Shown one piece after another: positions 54,830 through 63,613 of a DNA stretch of 64,000 nt; within the stretch, counting starts at the first letter, position 1, and every line of letters starts with the position of its first letter. Made by a program: the position numbers and the translations under genes. The DNA is from a virus, in the IMG/VR virus record IMGVR_UViG_3300027704_000008, positions 64,001-128,000 of that record; one strand, written 5' to 3'. The notes under the pieces are model-generated. The model was not told the DNA's origin, did not search any database, and was given only the letters and a program-made list of their open reading frames with translations.

Positions 54830-55900
54830 ATGAGTATATTTGACAGCGGAGGCTTGAAATATGAAACGGTTAACGGACAAGAAGTAACTGCATTGGGATT
54901 GGCTACAGGCAGTAGTGCCACTACCGTATCCATGCCTGCCACAGCGCCGCGGGATGGAACGACATATAGCGTCACACGCATTGCTGATGGCGCTTTCCGT
55001 TATAAAGGAATCACTAGTGTGAATATCGGCAGCCGAGTTACCACCATTGGCAATTCAGCTTTTGCTTATAACGCCATCACTAGCGTTACAATTGACAATA
55101 GCGTTACTACGATTGGAGATGAGGCTTTTAGACATAACGCCATCACCAGCTTGACTATAGGAACTGGTGTGAAAACTATCGGGGGTAATGCTTTCGGTAA
55201 CAACCTCCTTACCAACGTAACCATTCCAGGCAACGTTACAACCATTGGAGCAGTTGCTTTTCGATACAACTTACTGACCGCCGCGACTATACAAAACGGT
55301 GTTACAACTATTGGTGTGGGTGCTTTTCAAAACAATCTGCTGACCAGCGTTAGTATTCCAAGTAGCGTTACCAGTATTGGGGGTGAGGCTTTCCGCTCCA
55401 ACCGCCTCACCAGTGTGTCTATTCCAAGTAGCGTGACAGACATTGGAGTGGGTGCTTTTCGAAGCAACCTGCTCACTAGTGTTTCTATTCCAAACAGCGT
55501 GACGACCATTGGAGGGTCTGCTTTTGCTGACAACATCACCGACAGTGACATCAACACCCTCATCAGTGTAACTATTGGAAACGGCGTGACAACCATTGGG
55601 TCTGGTGCCTTTGCGCGCAACGCGATCACCGGCGTGACAATTCCAAACAGCGTTACTGCGATTGAGTTTGGTGCTTTCAGTAATAACCGCCTGTCTAGTG
55701 TGACCATTGGAAATAGCGTCACAACAATTGGTGGGGGTGCTTTCCGACGTAACTTACTGACCGGCGTGACTATTCCTACCAGCGTCACTAGTATTGGAGA
55801 GGGTGCTTTCCGAGACAATCAGATCGGTGGCACCGGCGTTAATATTCCAAGTAGCGTTACGTCTCTTGGTGAGTATGCTTTTGCTGATAGCGACGAGTAG
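54830..55900 (+). CDS. BspA-type (TpLRR / LRR_5) leucine-rich repeat protein
   Basis: About 13 22-aa repeats LTSVTIPNSVTTIGxxAFxxN; AGGAG RBS. Confidence 0.92.
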   Translation: MSIFDSGGLKYETVNGQEVTALGLATGSSATTVSMPATAPRDGTTYSVTRIADGAFRYKGITSVNIGSRVTTIGNSAFAYNAITSVTIDNSVTTIGDEAFRHNAITSLTIGTGVKTIGGNAFGNNLLTNVTIPGNVTTIGAVAFRYNLLTAATIQNGVTTIGVGAFQNNLLTSVSIPSSVTSIGGEAFRSNRLTSVSIPSSVTDIGVGAFRSNLLTSVSIPNSVTTIGGSAFADNITDSDINTLISVTIGNGVTTIGSGAFARNAITGVTIPNSVTAIEFGAFSNNRLSSVTIGNSVTTIGGGAFRRNLLTGVTIPTSVTSIGEGAFRDNQIGGTGVNIPSSVTSLGEYAFADSDE

Positions 55901-56072
55901 GTTTTGTACCTATGATGTTTTGGAAAATGTGGGCAAAAGCCCTTGGCGAAAAGGTTGGCGGATCTGATCACGAGGCAGATAAGATAGCGTGGATCAGAAC
56001 CTTCTTAATCACCCAGGCTATAGTAACCAATATGTTTATCATAGCTAACTGCATACGTCATTGGGGGTATAT

Positions 56073-56279
56073 ATGAAGCTGGTTTTGAACTTGAACTTAC
56101 AGCAGATAAACGACTTGTCTGAGTGCTTGCTAGCACATGAATTTATGATAGCCGATGACCGTGACACATACGGTGCATTGTATCCTATATTTGTGGCGTT
56201 ACACGATCGTGACCCGATGCTGTTTTCTGAAGATGATTTGGCCAGGAACATGGTGCCGGCAGAAATATGGAAAAAATAA
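56073..56279 (+). CDS. Hypothetical protein
   Basis: ORF track; start refined to MKLVL. Confidence 0.45.
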   Translation: MKLVLNLNLQQINDLSECLLAHEFMIADDRDTYGALYPIFVALHDRDPMLFSEDDLARNMVPAEIWKK

Positions 56280-56309
56280 TGAAGTATAATTTTGAGGGGG
56301 AGAATATAG

Positions 56310-56561
56310 ATGAATGATTTAAACAATGGAATATGGATTCTTCAAGAGCGATTTCAATCGCTGAGTGCCTGGGAGACATATGGAGTGATGGATGGAAAGG
56401 ATATATCCGAAGGCGGCGCTTCACATTGGATAGACGAACGACCCAATGCCCGTAGGATAGCGTGGGTTCCATTAATACAGAGCCCAGCGTGTCCTCGGCA
56501 TACACAGGCTTCTAGAGACCGCGGAATGTTATCAGCATCACAATATTACGCTAACTTATAA
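56310..56561 (+). CDS. Hypothetical protein
   Basis: GAGGGGG RBS. Confidence 0.5.
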   Translation: MNDLNNGIWILQERFQSLSAWETYGVMDGKDISEGGASHWIDERPNARRIAWVPLIQSPACPRHTQASRDRGMLSASQYYANL

Positions 56562-56624
56562 GGGGAAATATAATGGTATTATTGAGCGTTGGATTGCTTA
56601 TTATTGCTGTGATCATCATAGCGG

Positions 56625-57011
56625 TTGCTGTATCATTCAGGAACGTTAATACCCACCATGATCGGTGTTGAGCCGATGAAGTATCCTACCAACAATGCCC
56701 AGAGGCTTGAGGCAATGATGAGTGAGTCCCCTGAACCGGCCCCACAAATAATTGTTGAGGTCAAGGTTACCTCAATACGGAAACACAAGCTGCACACCGA
56801 TGAGGAATGTATTACATTCGATGGTCAATGGGCAGCACACAACGCTCATAGCTGGTTGGACAATAAAAAGTGTGTATGGGGCCACGAGATTGTGGCGTAT
56901 GAAATATTCACCCAATCCCAAGCAGGGCACTTGAACCAGATCAATTACTTTGAATTGTGCTGGGAGATGCGATACGCCAAAGAGGCGCAATTGAGGCGTA
57001 TCGGCACCTGA
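56625..57011 (+). CDS. Hypothetical protein (start uncertain)
   Basis: ORF track. Confidence 0.45.
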   Translation: MLYHSGTLIPTMIGVEPMKYPTNNAQRLEAMMSESPEPAPQIIVEVKVTSIRKHKLHTDEECITFDGQWAAHNAHSWLDNKKCVWGHEIVAYEIFTQSQAGHLNQINYFELCWEMRYAKEAQLRRIGT

Positions 57012-57103
57012 TCAAGGTGTATCAAAAAAAGTTATAAGAATCCCATGTCTTATGCCAAAATACTCTAAGAAAGATCAATTATTTCACCATATTGCCCCTT
57101 GCA

Positions 57104-57174
57104 AATCAAGGGGTTACAAACCCGCGCGTCCCGTGGTCTTCAAGCTAGCACATTTCCAGGATCTGGTGTATAAT
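57104..57174 (+). repeat. Early promoter cassette family 2, copy I
   Basis: ATCAAGGGGTTACAAACCCGCGCGTCCCGTGGTCTTCAAGCTAGCACATTTCCAGGATCTGGTGTATAAT; near-identical copy at 62222. Confidence 0.9.
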
Positions 57175-57208
57175 ACCCTCATTGAATAGAGAAACCAAGA
57201 GAGATCGG

Positions 57209-57493
57209 ATGAAGAATGTGATTGAGTTGAAGAGAGAGTTTGAAGCATGTGTGGTCAAGCAGCAGGCAGATATGCAAGTACAAGTTGATGCAATTGACCA
57301 GTGGTGGCTGTTACAAGAGTCGCAACAAGACATGCTAGCTGACGCTATGTTACGTAAGCAGGTTAAACTCGATCAGCTGATCGATATGTCACAGCAGATG
57401 GTCGATGAAGGGATCTCGGCCTTCCCAGAGTTCGAGAAGGAGATCGCGGAGTTGGAGATTGAGATTGAAATGATAGGAAACCGAATTATATGA
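57209..57493 (+). CDS. Hypothetical coiled-coil protein
   Basis: First ORF after cassette I. Confidence 0.55.
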   Translation: MKNVIELKREFEACVVKQQADMQVQVDAIDQWWLLQESQQDMLADAMLRKQVKLDQLIDMSQQMVDEGISAFPEFEKEIAELEIEIEMIGNRII

Positions 57494-57632
57494 TGTATTT
57501 TTGCCAAGAGTGTGATACTCGCAAGAACAGCGATTTTGATGTCGCTACTTTCACCCCAGACGATAAGCCGGTGTGTTCCGAATGCTGGTACGAGAATCTG
57601 GAGTCTGAACAGGAACAGGAGCAGTCTGCTTA

Positions 57633-58214
57633 ATGGAACAGTTTACACAACAAGTGGCTTTAATGCCCAACAATGATAGACGATACTGTGTTCCAGTGGC
57701 CCTCGCCATCGTGTCTGACAAGTCGGCAGCCGACATCAGCGCTGATATGATTGGCAAGGGTATCCGTAAACCTCGCCAGGGAGTGTATGAAAGCAATTGG
57801 GCCGCATACGCCAAACAGACATTGGGTCTGACCCTCAATCCTGTCACACAGGAAGTTAGACGAGCTGGTGGCAAGACTGTCCGCTCAGTCGAGAGGGTGC
57901 TCAACCCCAGTTACAAATACTTGATCGTTGTCCGTGGACACGTTTTGGCATATAGCGATGGCAAGATACAAGATTGGAGTGCCATGCGTAAGAATAGGCT
58001 ACAGACAGTTTACCAGGTTATGTGTGGATCCGAAGTAGACTCGAGTGAACCGATAATTCCCAAGGTAAAAAATGTGCGGGGCACCCTCAAGCAAGATTGC
58101 TTTATTCGGTTCTCATCAAACACATCTGTAGCCGATGTAGCAAAACGAGTTGGTATCACATACGCTAATGCACATTATTATTACCGGTGCTGGAAAAAGG
58201 AGAACGATCAATGA
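57633..58214 (+). CDS. Papain-like (C..A/H..A..DG...DW) domain fused to an HTH-like motif
   Basis: D..YCVP.ALAI, GH.LA..DGKI.DW, C-terminal VAKRVGITYANAHYYYR. Confidence 0.55.
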   Translation: MEQFTQQVALMPNNDRRYCVPVALAIVSDKSAADISADMIGKGIRKPRQGVYESNWAAYAKQTLGLTLNPVTQEVRRAGGKTVRSVERVLNPSYKYLIVVRGHVLAYSDGKIQDWSAMRKNRLQTVYQVMCGSEVDSSEPIIPKVKNVRGTLKQDCFIRFSSNTSVADVAKRVGITYANAHYYYRCWKKENDQ

Positions 58215-58429
58215 GCAGCAATGAAGATGTGTCCAAGCGAGTGGGATACGGCCTGAGAGAAGTAGACCCAAAGAATACTCCCGACATGCTGAAATGGTTA
58301 GAGAAGGCAGCCGGTACTATGATGAGTGTTGGGCAGGGGCCCGAGGCATCAATACTTCTGGCGTGTTATAAACATATCGAACGGCAGCAGAAAGAAATCG
58401 ACGAATTAACGAGGGGAAATAATGATTAG
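58211..58429 (+). CDS. Hypothetical protein
   Basis: AAGGAG RBS; start refined to MSSNE. Confidence 0.55.
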   Translation: MSSNEDVSKRVGYGLREVDPKNTPDMLKWLEKAAGTMMSVGQGPEASILLACYKHIERQQKEIDELTRGNND

Positions 58430-58691
58430 GTGTACATTTATATTGATGGGGTACACCATACTTGCATATGTATCATGCGATCCATTTGCACCGATACAGA
58501 TGATTGCGAATAATATATCTGATCCTGCGGCGCTGTTTGTTATGTTACTCATTATTGTAGCATATTTAATAATCCCGTTGATCGTAGCATACGGTTTGGT
58601 GGCTTTGTTCCTAGGAAGGTTCACACCGCATTTCTGGTTGATCTTCTCAGCGGCCACGTTGGTATATACCGCTGCAGGACAGTGTGGATGA
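58422..58691 (+). CDS. Membrane protein
   Basis: Three hydrophobic segments. Confidence 0.5.
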   Translation: MIRCTFILMGYTILAYVSCDPFAPIQMIANNISDPAALFVMLLIIVAYLIIPLIVAYGLVALFLGRFTPHFWLIFSAATLVYTAAGQCG

Positions 58692-58709
58692 AAATAACGA
58701 AATGGTTTG

Positions 58710-58738
58710 TTGCCTTCTACATCGAATGTAGGGATAAT
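58710..58738 (+). promoter_or_regulatory. sigma70-type promoter with inverted repeat in the spacer
   Basis: TTGCCT-N17-GATAAT; spacer contains CTACAT-CGA-ATGTAG. Confidence 0.65.
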
Positions 58739-58804
58739 GGGCCCATAAGTGAGCGAAGAAGTGTTCACTTCAACATTAACTAAAACTGAAAGAGTATTTT
58801 GATT

Positions 58805-59755
58805 ATGGCACATGAAGTAGAAACAATGGCTTACGCAGGACAGGTCCCTTGGCATGGTTTGGGAGTATCTGTTGCTAACGATCTTTCCCCAGCTCAGATG
58901 ATGGATAAGGCTGGCTTAGATTGGTCTGTCGATGAAGTAGAATCATTTATTGACTACAAGGGCGAAGTTATTCCAACAGGCCAGAAGTCGCTGGTCCGTT
59001 CTTCGGATAACAAGATCCTCACCAATGTGGGTGAAGGTTGGAATCCTGTACAGAACCATGAAGCGTTCGAGTTCTTCCATGAGTACTGCCTCGCTGGTGA
59101 CATGGAAATGCATACAGCTGGTTCTCTGGACGGTGGTAGGCGTGTATGGGCTCTTGCCAAGGTCAACGAGTCGTTTGACATCCTGGATGGCGATCAGGTG
59201 GACAGCTATCTATTGTTCTCCAATCCTCACAAGTATGGCTGCGCCATTGACGTTCGGTTCACTCCGATCCGAGTTGTGTGTAACAACACCTTGACCTTAT
59301 CTTTGGCATCTAACAGCAAGAACCAGGTCAAGTTGAATCACCGCACTAAGTTCGATGCGGATACGGTCAAGACTACGTTGGGTATTGCTCACGACAAGTT
59401 TGCCCAGTATAAAGACATGGCCGACTTCCTTGGTGGCAAGCGATTCACTCAGGATACATTGGTTGAGTATTACAACACTGTATTTCCTCATACTTACCGC
59501 AAGGACGTCGAGGTTAAGTCTGCTGACGATTTGACCAAGAATGGTAAGGCCGCAATGGCTGTCCTAAACACTCAGCCTGGCGCCCACTTCGGCGAAGGTT
59601 CATGGTGGCAGGCGCTTAACAGCATCACCTACCTCACGGATCACCAGATGGGTCGTTCTCAAGACTCTCGCCTCAACAGCGCCTGGTTCGGACAGAACCA
59701 AGCTCGTAAGGTGAAAGCAATCAACAGCGCCGTTGTATTCGCTAACGCCGCTTAA
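58805..59755 (+). CDS. DUF932/DUF945-family phage/plasmid protein (TIGR03299-like)
   Basis: MAY....PWHGLG, VQN.EAF.FF, TAGSL.GG..VW.LA, TPIRVVCNNTL, W.A.N..T...DH. Confidence 0.9.
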   Translation: MAHEVETMAYAGQVPWHGLGVSVANDLSPAQMMDKAGLDWSVDEVESFIDYKGEVIPTGQKSLVRSSDNKILTNVGEGWNPVQNHEAFEFFHEYCLAGDMEMHTAGSLDGGRRVWALAKVNESFDILDGDQVDSYLLFSNPHKYGCAIDVRFTPIRVVCNNTLTLSLASNSKNQVKLNHRTKFDADTVKTTLGIAHDKFAQYKDMADFLGGKRFTQDTLVEYYNTVFPHTYRKDVEVKSADDLTKNGKAAMAVLNTQPGAHFGEGSWWQALNSITYLTDHQMGRSQDSRLNSAWFGQNQARKVKAINSAVVFANAA

Positions 59756-59770
59756 TAATACATCCAGGTT

Positions 59771-59792
59771 GCCCCTACGGGGGCTTTTTTTT
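59771..59792 (+). terminator. Rho-independent terminator
   Basis: GCCCC-TACG-GGGGC followed by T8. Confidence 0.9.
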
Positions 59793-59949
59793 GGTGAGAT
59801 TGGAGAATGAAGATATATGATGTATGATGATTTTTGGAGCCTGACATACCTGGCTTCTTTACACTCAGGTAAGCCTGTATCGGAAGCACGTAAGATTGCT
59901 GATGCTGCTTTGCGGGATTTCAAGAAGAGGGTAGCAGCTGGAGATTTCA

Positions 59950-61113
59950 ATGAACAGGTTTGAGACGCTATACAAATATGATAGTAAGCAGCGCCAACGT
60001 GAGTGGGGGGTGTTTACTGAGGGTCCAAGAGTTACGGTTATACATGGTTTGGTCCTTGGCAAGAAAACTGTTAAGCGTACTATCAGCAAAGCTAAGAACA
60101 CAGGTAAGGCAAACGCTACCACAGCTGAAGAGCAGGCCATTAAGGATGCTCAGTCAAAGTGGAACGCTCAGGTTCTTCGCGACGATTATAACGTTGACAT
60201 AGAGAAGTCAGGCCGCCAGATGCGCCCAATGCTTGCTCTCGATTATAAGAATGTTCCCCATCGAGTTGAATGGAGCATGCCGACATTGCTTCAGGCAAAG
60301 CTGGACGGTTTGCGTTTGACTACCGGACAACGTGATGTGGGTGATAGAGAATATGATCCATCGCAGCCTATCGAGATGTTGAGCCGCAAGGGTGAGACAT
60401 ATGAGTTACCTCATCTAACAAAGCACTGTGGTGAGCTGCTTGCACACATCAACGATAAGTATGCCAACTGTCTTGCCCTGGATGGTGAGGTTTATATCCA
60501 CGGCATGCCACTTGGACAGATAGTATCCAGGGCCCGTAAGTATCAACAAGGGGTGACAGAGGAGCTGGAGTATTACATATTTGACTTGGTGATACCTGGT
60601 ATGGGATTTGGTGAACGATCAGAGATACTTTTGAAGGCAATGCAGGATTTGAATTCTCAGTACCCATTCACTCTTGTTACCACTTGCCCTTGCACCTCCG
60701 AACAGGACATGAAGGAATACCACGCCCAATATATTGGGGAGGGTTACGAAGGTGTTATGATCCGGCCGGCCGATGGTCCATATACGATAGGCAATCGAAG
60801 CGATTATCTGTTTAAGTATAAAGAGTTCTTTGACAAGGAATGTAAGATTGTTGGCATGCAAGAGGACGCTAACGGTAACGCAGTGCTGACGTGCTTGTGG
60901 AATTCAACGGATCCAACTTCTGAGTTCCGCTGCACACCCAAGCGTACTCATAGTGAACGAGCGGCGATGTTACTGGACTCTACCTTGGTCGGAAAGTGGA
61001 TCACAGTCAAGTACCAAGATGTATCATACGCAACTCACTCTGGTGGTCTTCCGACTTTTAACACTGGCCTGGATATCAGGGAATGTGATGATAACGGAGA
61101 GCCTATTGTATGA
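59950..61113 (+). CDS. ATP-dependent DNA ligase
   Basis: PMLA, KLDGLR (motif I), SRKG, LDGEVY, Y.FD, EGVMIR, LFKYK. Confidence 0.93.
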   Translation: MNRFETLYKYDSKQRQREWGVFTEGPRVTVIHGLVLGKKTVKRTISKAKNTGKANATTAEEQAIKDAQSKWNAQVLRDDYNVDIEKSGRQMRPMLALDYKNVPHRVEWSMPTLLQAKLDGLRLTTGQRDVGDREYDPSQPIEMLSRKGETYELPHLTKHCGELLAHINDKYANCLALDGEVYIHGMPLGQIVSRARKYQQGVTEELEYYIFDLVIPGMGFGERSEILLKAMQDLNSQYPFTLVTTCPCTSEQDMKEYHAQYIGEGYEGVMIRPADGPYTIGNRSDYLFKYKEFFDKECKIVGMQEDANGNAVLTCLWNSTDPTSEFRCTPKRTHSERAAMLLDSTLVGKWITVKYQDVSYATHSGGLPTFNTGLDIRECDDNGEPIV

Positions 61114-61448
61114 GCCCCAAGGAACATTATGTGAATCACTTATATGGTGTGCTGCAAGAGGAATGCGCTGAGTTGATTATGGCAATCAGTAAGCGCAAAC
61201 GGTTTGGAGGCAACGATGAAAATATTAACCACGAGATAAACGACATCATGGCGGTGGTCGAGATGCTGACCCAGGAAGGAGAGAAAGTGTACGACGACTT
61301 TAGCTTGCAGATAGCTAAAGTCGACAAGGTAAACAAATACTACATTGATACTTTTAACAAGGATTTTCCTATTCCCCCTGACAGGCCATTACGATACTTG
61401 CCCAGCAAAATGGGATACGAATTTAACCCGGAGGAAGATGAACAATGA
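61110..61448 (+). CDS. MazG-like NTP pyrophosphohydrolase
   Basis: LQEECAELI.AISK..RFG, EINDI. Confidence 0.7.
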   Translation: MSPKEHYVNHLYGVLQEECAELIMAISKRKRFGGNDENINHEINDIMAVVEMLTQEGEKVYDDFSLQIAKVDKVNKYYIDTFNKDFPIPPDRPLRYLPSKMGYEFNPEEDEQ

Positions 61449-61639
61449 ATTTATGGATACTGTTAATACTGCTGGACGGCGGCCATGGCCGAGCAGTGGC
61501 TATTGAAACAATAGAATTCTATAGCGAATCGAGTTGCTCAATGGCCCGCACGCAGATTGCATATATGGAGAAGACCAATACCCCTGGATCAAGCATGCGG
61601 ACAAGCTCCGTGTGTATACGTAAAGGACAAAAGCATTGA
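61445..61639 (+). CDS. Small secreted/membrane hypothetical protein
   Basis: Hydrophobic N-terminus; F.S..SC..A...C pattern. Confidence 0.5.
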   Translation: MNLWILLILLDGGHGRAVAIETIEFYSESSCSMARTQIAYMEKTNTPGSSMRTSSVCIRKGQKH

Positions 61640-62061
61640 AACTTATTGATGGTTTGTTAGACTATCAGACAGCTTGGAGCTTGCCTGATGTGAAATTGTT
61701 CACGGGCAACAAAACAATAACCAAGGACGGTAGGTTGGTCATGGGCCGCGGTGCAGCAAAAGCTGTCCGCGATTTCTATCCTGGGATTGATAAGAGGATA
61801 GATACAGGCTGTCCAGTCTCATTCACTCAAATTACCGGCAATCAGTTTGTAGGATACTTTTGTGTTAAGGATCACTTTGCTGAATCAGCTGATTTGTCGT
61901 TAATCGCCGAGTCCGTTGCTGAGTTATCAATCGTAGCAAGAGATGTGCAAGCAGTAACCTTTCACCTCAATTATCCTGGAATCGGTGCGGGCGGGTTAGA
62001 TGTGGAGTCTGTATCCCACATTATTAGCGCTCTGCCAGACAACGTGTGGGTATACCAGTGA
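61636..62061 (+). CDS. Macrodomain (ADP-ribose binding/hydrolase-like)
   Basis: T.N.....G.LVMG.G.A......YP, F.VK.H, PGIG.GGL. Confidence 0.75.
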   Translation: MKLIDGLLDYQTAWSLPDVKLFTGNKTITKDGRLVMGRGAAKAVRDFYPGIDKRIDTGCPVSFTQITGNQFVGYFCVKDHFAESADLSLIAESVAELSIVARDVQAVTFHLNYPGIGAGGLDVESVSHIISALPDNVWVYQ

Positions 62062-62071
62062 ATCAGAGCGT

Positions 62072-62155
62072 GTAGAATCGCTTCTAAGGCATTTTACACG
62101 TCAGGCGGCACCTGGACATCAAATGGGGCAGCAATTGCCTTAGAAGCGATTCTAC
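62072..62155. repeat. Perfect 20-bp inverted repeat with 44-nt loop
   Basis: GTAGAATCGCTTCTAAGGCA (62072-62091) / TGCCTTAGAAGCGATTCTAC (62136-62155). Confidence 0.9.
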
Positions 62156-62221
62156 TTATGCCTTTTTGGCATAAGAAATGTCATTTATATAACAAATCAA
62201 TCTAAGAATAACCCTTTATGG

Positions 62222-62291
62222 ATCAAGGGGTTACAAACCCGCGCGTCCCGTGGTCTTCAAGCTAGCATATTTCCAGGATCTGCTGTATAAT
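62222..62291 (+). repeat. Early promoter cassette family 2, copy J
   Basis: Two mismatches versus 57105-57174. Confidence 0.9.
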
Positions 62292-62325
62292 GACCCCATC
62301 AACTAGAGAAATGGACGGACATAAT

Positions 62326-62733
62326 ATGTACAAGACCTCTGACGAAGCACTAGACGCCTACCGCGAAGAGCTGTACAGCTACTATAGCGACATCTCTAAG
62401 GAAGCGTATGGCTTTCGCTGTCGTCTCGACTTGAGTGGCATGAGCTGCCACGACATTGATCTCGCTATCGAGCAGATGGAGTTCATGGCAAACGTTGCTC
62501 GCGAAGAACAGGAGCAGTATCACGATGTTTGTGATGAACGGTTCGAGCGTAACATCGAGAGCATAATTAATCTTGGTGCTAAAGATCGGGCCACCGCGAT
62601 CCGATGGATCGTTGACGCTAATGACCTGGGTGAGGAATGGGATGCTGGATACATCGAGTATTCCTTTGGTCTCACTTATGGTAAGTACAACGAAGAGCTG
62701 ACACGTTCCATGTTGGAGGTGGCACATCCGTAA
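62326..62733 (+). CDS. Conserved hypothetical early protein
   Basis: Y.D..KEAYGFR, GA.DR.TAIRW, Y..GL.YG. Confidence 0.65.
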   Translation: MYKTSDEALDAYREELYSYYSDISKEAYGFRCRLDLSGMSCHDIDLAIEQMEFMANVAREEQEQYHDVCDERFERNIESIINLGAKDRATAIRWIVDANDLGEEWDAGYIEYSFGLTYGKYNEELTRSMLEVAHP

Positions 62734-62782
62734 TAATGAACTTAGTGGAGATGTTAATATTATAACAGATACTGATTATCGT

Positions 62783-63154
62783 ATGGTACGCAATGCAATG
62801 AGAACACCAGACGGCACATTATTGCAAAGCCGACACCGACATGATTATGTTACCCACACTGATGCCAATGGCAAGCAATATGTGCTTGATGGTGGATTAA
62901 GTTATGTTCGTTCCAGTGTTAATGGCGACGAAGAATGGTTAACTGTTACACTTGCAGATTCCCATGAACAAATTAGAGAAGCATGTGATTGGGGAACATA
63001 TGGCATTGCCGGCGATCAACCGCTGTCATATATTACCTTGTGTGATATGACCACTGACCACATTGAAGTAGTCTTAAAGAATGGGCTGTCAATCAATCCA
63101 GCAATTAAAATTGCTATGGAACATGAATTGGTGTATCGAAATGGCGAAGAATAA
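62783..63154 (+). CDS. Conserved hypothetical protein
   Basis: TPDGT.L.SRHRHDYV, DGGL.Y.R, WGTYG..GDQPL, M.T.HI. Confidence 0.7.
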   Translation: MVRNAMRTPDGTLLQSRHRHDYVTHTDANGKQYVLDGGLSYVRSSVNGDEEWLTVTLADSHEQIREACDWGTYGIAGDQPLSYITLCDMTTDHIEVVLKNGLSINPAIKIAMEHELVYRNGEE

Positions 63155-63167
63155 ACCGTTGAGTCCC

Positions 63168-63196
63168 TTGACTTATTGGCATTCAGGATGTATAAT
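63168..63196 (+). promoter_or_regulatory. sigma70-type promoter
   Basis: TTGACT-N17-TATAAT. Confidence 0.75.
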
Positions 63197-63243
63197 AAAC
63201 CCGGAGTTTGGGAAGCCCCGTAGGGACATTAAAGGAGAAGTGT

Positions 63244-63450
63244 ATGAGCAATCGCGATAGTGTGATATGTCCTGTGAACTCAATTCAGAGTGAGAACGAA
63301 ATGGCAGCGCACATAGAGAAACTAATAACGGCAGGACAGACGATTGTCCAGTATTGGTGTGACCATGAGTATCTGGTTCCGTCTAAGGTAATCGAAGCTC
63401 AAAAATTATTTGGATACGAAACTTTTAATGAGGAGAACATCGATGAGTAA
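63244..63450 (+). CDS. Hypothetical protein
   Basis: AAGGAG RBS. Confidence 0.55.
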   Translation: MSNRDSVICPVNSIQSENEMAAHIEKLITAGQTIVQYWCDHEYLVPSKVIEAQKLFGYETFNEENIDE

Positions 63451-63613
63451 TCAAAAGCACGCAAACATTTTATTTGACCGCCTCCGCGAACAAGGTGAAC
63501 ACAACATGTTTGGGGTTGCACCATTCGCCGAGCAGTTGTTGGGTGTGAGTAAAAGGGAAGCTCGCGAGTTACTGATGAACTGGATGGAGACGTTCGAAGA
63601 GCGTCATGCATGA
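63443..63613 (+). CDS. Hypothetical protein, paralog of 50274
   Basis: GAGGAG RBS; GEHNMFGVAP motif. Confidence 0.7.
   Translation: MSNQKHANILFDRLREQGEHNMFGVAPFAEQLLGVSKREARELLMNWMETFEERHA

Noticed and set aside
39963-55900. Diversity-generating retroelement acting on the BspA/LRR genes or the 41048/42400 repeat
   Set aside because: No reverse transcriptase in the window, and differences between repeat copies are not confined to adenines
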